A stretch of 63,999 nt of DNA, filler included, from Trypethelium eluteriae (Eukaryota), in NCBI GenBank assembly GCA_051942245.1. It is 3 parts of 3 records of this genome, joined end to end, with 100 filler letters (N's around TTAATTAATTAA, not from the genome) between each part and the next. Parts side by side here need not be neighbours in the genome. Positions count along the whole stretch, not along the records: positions 44,174 to 63,999 come from JAVECL010000515.1; 2 more parts are not named here. The stretch is one strand, 5' to 3'. Made by a program: the position numbers and the translations under genes. Positions 47,101 to 57,651 of the stretch are shown here, one piece after another (positions within the stretch are counted from its first letter, which is position 1; each line of letters starts with the position of its first letter). Below the pieces are notes generated by a model. The model was not told the DNA's origin, made no database searches, and saw only the letters and a program-made list of their open reading frames with translations.

Positions 47101-49491
47101 AGCTGTATTATGGAATAATTTTCTGGCCTGCTTAGCCTTTTTTTTTAGCATATTATCCCTTTATTTATAGCGCTAAAGGGCTTTAGCTTTATTCCTTGCT
47201 TTTATATATCCTTAATAAAGTTTTAAGAGGTTGTAAGTCCATTATTTCTTTAAGTAGGGGGCTGGTTTTAATACTGGTATATGTATTAATATAGCTTTAC
47301 TAACTGCCTTTATAAGCTGCTAGGCTATTTTATTAAGAGTATCCAATTTAGGGTTATTTAGCAGCTTTACTCCTATAATATTAGTTATCCTCTCCACTTC
47401 CTTCTTTACCTTAGTTTAATTAGTTTATTAAAATAAGTATTTTAGTTTTTGTGTGGGTTTATACATCTCCTAATTAAATAATATTTTAATTGCTTTATAA
47501 TCCGGTCTGTATATTATCTGCTAAGTATTATATTTATTTAGGTTATTATAAAGCCCCAATAATGTTATATAAAGGTTAATAATTAATCCTAAGTTATGTG
47601 TTAATGTTCCTCTTAAAAGGAGGAGCTAAAGGTTTTGCTTTTTTATAAACTAAAGAATAGCTTCTCCTTAATCCTGCTAAATTAGGTTTCCGCCCCAGAA
47701 TTAATTATGTTTATTAAAATCTCCTTTAATTAAACATTTATATGTAAAATATTAGAGTTTTGTATTTATTAATAACTTTAGAATTTTGTATATATTCCCT
47801 TTATTTATAACTGCAGTTCTTATATAAGGAGGAATGTATATAAAAAAGACAAGAAGTAATTATTTATTTAGCTTAAATTCCACTGCTATAATATCTAGCA
47901 AAGCTATTAATACTTATTTAGCCTATAGCCTTATTTTTACATATGCTAGCACGCGGAATGGGAGTCTCCCTTCTTTATATATTAATAATTTAATTTATAT
48001 TTAACCTATATGTAATTAGGGGGCTAAACTTATTAATCCTTTTTTAGTATAAAAGTATACTAATTCTTAAAAAAAAAGAAGGCTAAAGTTTATTAAATTT
48101 GGGTTATTAAAGAGAGCATATTATGCTTTTAATATGTGCTAAATATTAGCTTATAATATACACAAAGGTTTATTATTTATAAAAATCCCCTTTTTTTTAT
48201 TTTTAGCGGGCTGGGTATTTTAAGGATAGCATATAATGCTTGCTTAAATAATTGCAGTATTATTTTTTATTAATATAAAGCTCCTTTTTATGGGCTAATT
48301 TAAAGCAGTTTATGCACTTTTTTTAATTTTTATAATTCCGGGTTATATAATTAAAGCCCCCATATTATTTATATTAAATTATTTAAGACTTATAAAATTC
48401 CCTTATATAAGCTACTTCCCCTTATATAAAAATATAACCCTTAATTAAAAAAGCTTCCTTTTTCTTTTAAAATAAGTATATTAAAACTAATTATATTATT
48501 TATCTTTTTAGGGACTGGCTAAGGTATTAAATAGCTTAAATTATAAGTTTATTTTCTTTTTAAAGCTGTTAATAAATTTCCTTAAGAATATTCTTGCTTT
48601 TATTAAGATTGCTAACCTTATATTTATTTACCCCTAATAGCTTTACTTTAAAGCATTTTTAGGTAATTAGCCTTACTTTATTAAATTCTAATTTAATTAT
48701 TTTTATCCATAGCTCCTCTTTTTTAACTGCTTAAGCTTATTATTTATTGCTAAATATAAATTAAACCTATTTTTGCTGTTTAAATAAAACCGCAGTATAT
48801 TTAATATTATTAAGGTGTAATATTACCTAAATAGCTTTATTTATTAGCTTTTATAGTTCTTTTGCTTTATTTATATTTATTATTATTTTTTTAAGGTTAA
48901 GCTTAATATTTAAGAGGATATATTACCCTTAAGCAGCAGTCTTTATAATACTTAGGTTTAAGATGGAGTAAAGGTTGGGTACTAAATTAAGCGGCATTAT
49001 AATAATTAATAAAAAGAGTAATTAAGGACTAAAAGTAGCAGATGCATAAAAGCATAATTAGGATGTAGCTTATATAATTAATAGCGCTTTCTTAAGGCTA
49101 AGGATAGTTTTTTTAAGCTCTCTTATATTCTCCTTTAGGTCCTTTATAATTACAGTTATTTGTGCTATTTGCTTTATAAACTTCTGATTTTTTTTCCTTA
49201 TTTTTTTGCTCTTTTTTTTTAACTCCTTTATAAATTATTTAATCTCTGCTTATTTATTATAGTTCTCTTTATATGCTGCTATTTTTTGCTCCTAAAGAAT
49301 TTAATTATTGGTTATATTTTCTTAAATTTTAGCTAAAGGTTTAATAATATGTTTAATAATACTGTCTTATTAAGATATTAAAGGTAAGGTCTGGCTATTA
49401 ATTAAGCTGGAGCTAAAGTGTGTACACTTTCTTAACACCATATAAAAATTTCCTTTAATAATAAAGGGAGTCCTCCCTAAGGTTTAGATTA

Positions 49492-49847
49492 GGAGTATAA
49501 CTGCGTGCTTATACGTGGCTACGCTTACGTGCCGGGCGCGTTTCCTGCCTGCTGCAGGCGTTGGGCTTATAACACTTCCAATAGGTTAAACCAATCAAGT
49601 TTTCCTTTATATAATCCGCTCCGCTGAGGCTAAAATTGCTGTGCAATGCAATGCCGCTCACTTTTCATGCATTGATTCCCCCCAATAGTAAAGGGAGTAC
49701 AACTGCGTGCTTATACGTGGCTACGCTCACGTGCCGGGCGCGTTTCCTGCCTGCTGCAGGCGTCGGGCTTGTGATGCTTCCAATAGGTCAAATCAATCGA
49801 GTTTTTCCTTTGTATGATCCGCTCCGCTGAGGCTAAAATTGCTGTGC
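49492..49847. repeat. Two ~153-bp direct repeats (49492-49644 and 49694-49847) at the LINE 5' end
   Basis: Both copies read GGAGTAYAACTGCGTGCTTATACGTGGC...GGCTAAAATTGCTGTGC and differ mainly by C/T and G/A transitions. Confidence 0.92.
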
Positions 49848-50277
49848 TAGATGCAGGTGTTGATTCGACAAGATATCCTAGTTATCTGGATCTCCCATCC
49901 CCTGCAAGGCTAAGCAAGTAGGGATTCGTCATCGTGGCCTAGCCATCACACGTGACGTGGGATCCGACTACGGCGATCCAGCACGGATCTTTTCACATTG
50001 CGCCGTCCCAGGTCCTGATTTTAGGATCTCTTCAATCCTATTGAAAGAGCATCGCAGTATGCCTAGAAATGGCCTTGATCGTACCGTGCTGTGCCTCTCA
50101 AAGGGGTCTGCCTCCTATTCCTATTCCTCTTTATACTCTCGTTCATTCCTCCCTTCACTTCCCAAATCGATCTTCTTAATGTCCCCCAACAGCCTTGGTA
50201 TCCGATCAAATTTTGACACTTTTTAGTTCTGCTCTACTTCCTTTTCTTTTACGCTTTTTTCCATCTCTAATCGCCCT

Positions 50278-51415
50278 ATGGCAGGTTGAATCCAAAAGGA
50301 TACTTGCATCTCAGCTGCCTCCTACCGTTCCTAAAGTACTGAATTAAGCGAGTCTGAGTGGGAGACGAGCTGCGAGACTGATCTCACTGATCTTACTGAT
50401 CTAGTGGATGACTTAGATACTGACCCTATAAACATCAGATGGTAGAGCTGTGATCTCCTTGAACTGGCTCCTCTTAGATAATATACGTCCGCCGGAATAC
50501 TACCAGCGTCTGGTAGACAAACCTAATAAGCTGGGCGATGCCTAACAACAGTACAGTAAGGGTAGCACCCTCTTGCTGGATAGTATTAAAGACTATTAGT
50601 TTAGGTAGGTTATACACTTATTCCGGACTATTCTAAATGTACTCCGGACAGCACATCTAATCAGGTTTAGATTTGCCTGTTATATCCAACAGGATCCTCA
50701 GAAGATATTACAGAGCCTGTCCTTTAATATCCTAGAAAGTTTTTTTAATTAGCGTCTTAGCTAAAGAATAAAAAAAGGAGGAAGAAAATTGTGTGGTATA
50801 AAGATCAAAAATAGCCTTAGCACATACTAAAAGGTGGTTTGTTTAGTATATAAGAGAGCTACCAATAAGAAAATTTATGGAGAAATTACTTATGGTATGT
50901 ATAAGGTACTGTACTATTTTGATTGTTTTTCTGTATCCATAAAACAGACAGACTAATACCATATTTATAAGTGTTACATAAGCTCGCCCAAAAGTATAAA
51001 CTAAAAAATTAAGGCTGAGAAAAAGTATATATATATATAAAGGATCTCACGGAGGTATTCTGGACTAATTTAACCACAACAGAAAAGTAATATCAATATA
51101 ATTGGCTCTATATACAGCTTTAACTTTATTTGCAATTAGCTGGATTTACAGCAAACCGGCCTAAAACAGTGCTTAAGCTCTGCTACTTATATATAAAGGT
51201 CTTAGTATTATGAGATTAAAAAGGTAAACCTAGTAAAATCCTTCTTAAATTTATATTTAAGTTTATAAAGAGCTTTTTTGGCGTAAAAGATATATAAGTA
51301 ACTTTTCTATTTTTTATACTAATATTATTATTTAATAGCCTTTCTTATTAATTAAGCAGTAATAGATTTTTAATTTCTAAAAGAATATATAATTAATTTT
51401 TTACCTTTAGCCTAC
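50278..51415 (+). pseudogene. RIP-inactivated DUF3435 tyrosine recombinase (Starship captain-like), 5' half
   Basis: Acidic N-terminus (ETDLTDLTD), DNIRPPEYYQRL, QYSKGSTLLLDSI followed by a GTAGGT donor, and TNLTTTEK...IQL*LYLQLAGFTANRPK (catalytic Arg motif). Many stops; ends abruptly at the Gypsy LTR. Confidence 0.8.
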
Positions 51416-51910
51416 TGTTACGACCCAGCCGCGTCAAGGCTGAACGCCATCTCCTTTGTACTTGCTGCAAGCGTTCCACAGACAGGTCGTAATGAGTAAA
51501 GGTCACGTGACTGATTAGTGGTGATAAGCCATAGATCAGGATAGAGCGATCTAGGGTGATCACCCATAGATTATAAGTTATCACACTGATTAGTAATAAT
51601 TAACCCAAGATTAGTAAAGATCTGATCAGAAGGATAACAGCTATAATCAAGAAGATCATAAGTATATATATGTAAGAGGGAACCAGCTTAACTGACTTTC
51701 TTACATTTTATTATTATATTAAAACTGTACCTATAATTAGTTATAAGCCGAATTAAATAAGTCCTTATTTATTATTAAATTGTTTAAAGCTTAGTAACCC
51801 TTTTTATATTATTAGATTCTTAATACTCCGCTCTTATATAAAAAACTTTAAGACCACTTTATGTACTTACTATAAACTGTGCTTATACTAAGGGGTATAA
51901 GCTTATAATA
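51416..51910 (+). repeat. 5' LTR of the Gypsy element (3' limit approximate)
   Basis: TGTTAC start and TATATA box near 51663. TTATAATA at 51903-51910 could be a RIP-mutated TCGTAACA terminus. Confidence 0.55.
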
Positions 51911-53272
51911 TAATAAAACACCCTTAAGGATAAGTTAATTAAGATCTACTCTACAGCTGGAGTCCTGCACTAAAGCCCTATTAAAGGAAGGTAAAGTAAA
52001 ACAACTTAATAAGTACTTTAGGGAAAGAAGTAAGTTGGAAGAATAACTATGCTAAATCCAACTCTACTTTTTATTTAAAAAAATTCTAAATAGTTAACAG
52101 ACCTTAGTAGCCTTATTATATTTAAGAGGATAAGCTTAATACTGGATAAAACCTAAATTAATTTTATATTTTAATAATTTAGAGGACCTTAATAGTCTTT
52201 TTGTAAGATTCCCTTAATTTAAAAAAAAAGCTTAAACAAATTTTTGGGATTTTTAATAAAGTTAAGATAGCAGAGTAAGTAATTTAGAATTTAGTATAAA
52301 AAACTTTAACAGCAGATTATATAATTAAGTTCTAAAAGTATTCTAATAAATTAAAATAAAATAATAAAGTATTACAACCTATGTATTAAAGAGGACTTAA
52401 GAATAATATTAAGGATAAGCTAATGCGCTATAATAGCTTTATTAATATATTATAAGAACTTATTAACACCTTAATTAAATTAGATAATAAACTTTATGTA
52501 AGGCGTATAAAAAAGTAATTAGCTTTATATATTCTAATAAGGAGAATAGGAGGAATTACTTAATATTATAATAATAATAAATTAATAAAAGGAGTTTAAT
52601 ACTCTAACCTTATACAAAGTAAAAAAAAAAAAAGTACCCAAACAAAAAAAAAATGCTATGCTTATAAAAAACCAGAGTATATAATAAAAAACTACTAATC
52701 CAAAAATAAGGTGGATTATAAAGAAGAATTTAATATAGCAACCCAAGTTTACTTAAGAGAAAATAAAATTATTATTAATAAATTAATAAGTAATAATAAT
52801 ATTAAGAACTTAGATATTTTTTAATATTAAATAATTAATAATAAATCCAATGCAGAGGAAAAAAGTATTTTATAAGAAGAAGTTATTAACCCTATAAACA
52901 GCTAAAAGGACTTATAAGCACTTATGTATGCAATCCAAGAAAAAAAAGCAACTTAAGAGAGATATAAATATTATATGCATTTAGTATTTAGAATAAAGGA
53001 TTACCCAAATTATTAACTTTTAGGACAATATTTATTATAAGAATATAATATTTATAAGGTGTATGTAAGTATAAAACCTAAACTTTTATTAATTATGTGG
53101 GATTAAAAGCAAAAAAATTTCTAATATTAAAAAAAAGTCCATAAACTTTTATAACATCCTAACCACAATTAAATAATTGGATGGGAGGAATATTAAAATA
53201 ATATATGTGTAAAGTATTAATAAATAAAAGAATAAAATAAAAAAAAGCTATAATATTAGCTCCAACACTTTA

Positions 53273-55137
53273 TAGTAGAGTCTAGACCCTAGCTTTGATC
53301 AGACCCCAGCTTTGATTGGTCGCGTACCATGCTTTTCGCATGCGACACGCGTTATTTCTAACAATGCTGAAAAAATCTATTTAAGAACTTTTAGATTATA
53401 AAATTCAACTTTAAAAGGCCTTACTTGCACTTAAAAATTAAGAGATTTTATTTGTTTGGGCAGCTGCTTACCAGTTTAAAGTATCGCATTTAACTCTTAT
53501 GCGCAGGCATTGCGCAGGCAATACACAAGCTATAAGCCATAAAATGCAGCAGCTTTTTATAAACACAGAAGAATTAACTTTTATATAATAAATTAAATAA
53601 TATACAATAACTAAAACACCCATTACTTATTTAATGTTAAAAGATCTCACTTATAAGGTGCGCATTGCACGCGTTTTGCACGCATCTTATAAAATAACTG
53701 CTTACATGGAATACCCTCCTATTAATAATAAATAAATTTAATATTTTAAAAAACAACATCTAAAGATATAGATAATTTTAGCCTAATAGCTAGAATACTT
53801 TTAATATAAAGGCGCAACCTATGAGTGTGTAAAATGCTGATTTAATATAGTTACTTTGCAGGTGGCAGAGCATAAATATCACCTTTTAGATATGTATAAT
53901 ATAAATAAGTTAGGTTTTGGTGTTAAAAAAAAGCAGATAATAATAATTCTTATTTACCTTAATAATATTAAAAAAGAGAAGGTTATGCTTAATAAGCAGG
54001 ATTGGGTAATTAATATTAAGTATATTAGTGCTGCTGGCAAATTACTTGCGCCTCTCCTGGTATTTAAAAGCAACCACATAAATACCTAATAAATTTTAGA
54101 GCAGATACCTTATAACTGGTTTTTTATTACTAGCCAGAATGGCTGGATATTAAATAATATTAAATTACAGTAATTAATTAAAGTTTTTAATCCTTAAACA
54201 CGCGAAAAGGCTGCGGGTTGCTGGTATTTATTAATTGCTAATGGGCATAGCAGTTATATTAAAGCGGACTTTATTGCGCATTGTATAAAGAATAATATTA
54301 ATCTTATAATTATACCTCCTTATTATTCTTATTTTTTACAGCCGCTTAATATGGGAGTGTTTTTATTATTTAAGCTATAGTATAATTATGAGTTGCATAC
54401 GCTTAGCCGGCTAAGCTTATAATAAATCCCTTGCGCAGAATGGGTTAAATTACTTGCAACAGCTTAAGTAAAAGCAGTTATAAGCAAGAATATTCTTATA
54501 GGCTGGTAAGGAGCTGGCTTAATGCCTGCAAATTGCTATTAAGTGCTTAAAGGGCTTCCTTATAAGGCTACTTTAACCGCTGCAAAATTATGTACACCAC
54601 CTAATCTAATTAATTTAGACCTTTTATTACTTTATAACTCTCCTCTAAAAATAGTCGCATTATTTTAGTTAAATATAAAGTTTGCGCAAGCATTATGTAA
54701 TTATACTAAAGTTGTGTTGCCAGTACAGTAATACGTAGATTATATAATAGGTTTCTGCAAAACCTTATCCATTATTATCACTTTTTAAAATCAGCAATTA
54801 GCTAATTAAGCTAAGCTTTTTAAGAAGCGAAAAAAAATAAAAAAAGGTAAAAAAGTTTAATTAAAGGGTATTTTAATCTATTTTATTAAGGATGTCTTAT
54901 AAATAGCCCGCAAGACAGAGGCAAATATTAAGCATAAAAGGAAAAGATTTTAACACCAATAAGCTGCATTAAATAAAAACTTAGATTGGATAAAAGATCT
55001 ATTATTTGAGATATTATCTAGCGATTTTGATAAAGCGCCGGCTTCGCGCAGGCGTTGCGCACGCATTGCGCAGGTGGTTGTATGATTTTCACTGATCAAA
55101 TCTAGGGTCCGATCAAATCTAGGGTCCAGACTCTATG
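53273..55137 (+). mobile_element. RIP-mutated Fot1/pogo-type DNA transposon (1865 bp) nested in the Gypsy element
   Basis: ~47-bp TIRs (TAGTAGAGTCTAGACCCTAGCTTTGATC... and ...GATCAAATCTAGGGTCCAGACTCTATG) with internal direct repeats and TA on both flanks. DDE relics YNINKLGF (YNMDExGF), LIANGHSSY (DGHxSH) and LQPLNMGV (LQPLD). Confidence 0.92.
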
Positions 55138-57651
55138 TAGAATAAAAAATAATAAATTTTATTAAAAATAGGAAAGTAATTATAACTTACTTAATAAAAA
55201 ATTCTGTAAAAAAAAGAAAACATACCCATATTATAAATTAGGCAGTAATATAGCTTAGGGAAGGAGCCAAGCCTAATAAAGATTATGTCTAAAACCACCT
55301 TATAAACTATTTATATATAAAATAATAAACTGGCTAAAATATGTTAGCATTATGTGTATTAAACACTGCTAAGAGCAAGCGGATTATTATGCAAAATATT
55401 AATATAATAACCTAAATTGCTATAAATATTGCCTAGATTATAAAAACATAAAACTGGAATAGCAGGAGTATTATAAAACCGCCAAAAAGATAAAGGAAGA
55501 AGAGGGAAAAATTAATAACTTCTTATAAAGGGGTTATAAGCAAGTTGTAATGCAACATCCCTTAATAAAGCAATAATAGGATTATTTAAAATTAAGGTTA
55601 AGATTAAAAACCAGCAGGTTAAAGTAATAATTAATAATAATATATTAATAAATATAATAGCAGTAATAATTACTAAAAAAATTAAATTTAACATTAGGGA
55701 GAAAGAAAAATTATATAGTTTATACAGAGCTACTGGACTATAACTTGCAGAATAAGGATAAGTAAATACTAAAATAAAACTTATTTCCATAATTACGCAA
55801 GGGCATACTAAAAAAATCTAACTTAATATTATAAATTTAATTAGGTATAATATTATACTTGGATTACTGTAGTTGCAAAATTATAACCCAGATATTAATT
55901 AAGAAATAAAAAAAATTATATTTTTTAGGTGCAAACACAGCATTATATAAAACCCTAAAGGAGCAGAGAATTGCTTTAGGGATAAGATAAGGATAAGCTA
56001 TAGTATGGCTTTAATATTAATAAATAAGGATAATTAAGAAGGATAAATTAAATCCGGCGTATTTAATACTTTAATAAAAGTAAAAGGTTAATTAAGGGAT
56101 AACACAGAGCATAAGAATGCTGAACTTATAATAATACCTCTAAAATACAAAAAATATTTGCTACTTTTTAAGAAAGGGAGAGCAAAAAAAGCACTGCTTT
56201 TATACTAATTATGGGACTATAAAATAAAATTGGAGCTAAGAAAGCAACCCATTTTTAGACCTTTATATCCCCAGTTATAAAGAGAACTGAAGATACTTTA
56301 AAAATAGCTAAGAGAAAACCTTAAAAAAGGATTTATCCAAAAGTTAGAGTTTTTAGCAGAATATTTTATACTTTTTATTCCCAAGAAGAATAAAAAACTG
56401 CAATTATGTGTTAATTACTAAAAACTTAATACTATTATAATTAAAAATAAGTATCCATTACTTAATGCGGCAGAATTAAAAGACCGCCTAACCAGAGCAA
56501 AGTAGCTTATATTATTAAATCAGAGAGATGCTTATAATTCCATCCATATAAGAAAAGGTGAGAAATAAAAAACTATATTTAGAATAAAATATAAACTATT
56601 TAAATCCTTAGTAATATTATTTGGATTAATAAACACACCTACAACCTATTAGGAATAAATTAATAATACATTATAATTATATCTAAACATCTTTATAATT
56701 ATATATCTTAATAATATATTAATTTATTCTAAAATAAAGAAAGAATATATAAAATATGTAAAAATAGTATTAAAGTGTTTAAAAAAAAGGAATCTTAAAT
56801 TATTATTAAAGAAGTGTGTTTTTTATTAAGAATAAGTAATATTTTTAGGATATGTGGTAAAAAAAAATTAAATTTAAATAAAACCAGAAAAGGTATAATT
56901 AATCTTAACATAGCTAAGGCTAATAAATATTAAGGGGGTTTAAAATTTCTTAGGATTTATAAACTTTAATTAATAGTTTATCCCTAAATATTCCAAGAAA
57001 GTAAAACTACTTACAGACCTTATAAAAGGTAAGTAATTATTTAAATAAAAATAGCCACAAAAAAAAGCCTTTAAAGTTATTAAAAAAGAAATTATAAAAG
57101 ACCTAGAATTAATAATCTATAACCTAAAGTTATTACTAAAGCTTAAAATAGATGCTTTAAATTTTGCAATAAGCGCTTGCTTATTATAATGGGTAAATAG
57201 GAAGTAGAAATTAATAAGATATTACTTTATTGAATAGTTGTATTGGTGTTTGAGCTTCTAAAATTAGCGCAATTTCCCGCTGTTTTTAAAAGGAGTTACA
57301 CCGAGCTCAGCCTCCCACCCCCCTGTCAGCTGAGATAGTTTGGCAGGGATATCCCTGCTAGCGGTCTCATCTCATCCTTCTCAATCCTGCATTTTCTATC
57401 CGCAGTCACTGCTGCCTACCTCCCTATCTACCTACTGGGGTATCCACTATGGCGTCGTGGACGTGTGCAGGCGATCACGGCGCTTACCACGTATACCTAC
57501 TTAGAAATAAAGTAAGTGGACTCTTTACAAAATAAAACCCCTCAGTCTGCACCCTTCGGAAAACCATCGCAGGTTCTTCAACTTACCTCTTCTTTAGATC
57601 GAATCTGATCCTCATTCCTCTGGCTTCTGTATTACATCCTCACTTTGACTG

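Larger units (their letters stand above)
44174..49847 (-). mobile_element. RIP-mutated LINE (Tad1-like non-LTR retrotransposon: gag, endonuclease, RT, RNase H), near full length
   Basis: Minus-strand relic motifs: Zn knuckle KCINCFKLAH (~48300), endonuclease GDFNKH..FWG (~47710), RT AGLL*GSPL for GLPQGSPL (~46220) and FINNF for FVDDF (~46125), RNase H WVPAYKDIQRNKRA (~44970). Ends in a simple-repeat tail; strongly TpA-rich. Confidence 0.9.
51416..57225 (+). mobile_element. RIP-mutated Ty3/Gypsy LTR retrotransposon (5' LTR, gag, protease, RT, start of RNase H), interrupted twice
   Basis: Starts TGTTACGA. Relics: gag KVKQLNKYFRERSKLEE (~52000), CCHC knuckle (~52660), RT LQLCVNY*KLN..IKNKYPL (~56400), IYLNNILIY for YLDD (~56700), RNase H IDALNFAISAC for TDAS (~57150). 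No integrase or 3' LTR in the window. Confidence 0.9.

Noticed and set aside
55512..55790. Hydrophobic 92-aa ORF resembling a membrane protein
   Set aside because: Antisense to RIP-mutated Gypsy pol; Ile/Leu richness is an artefact of AT-rich sequence.
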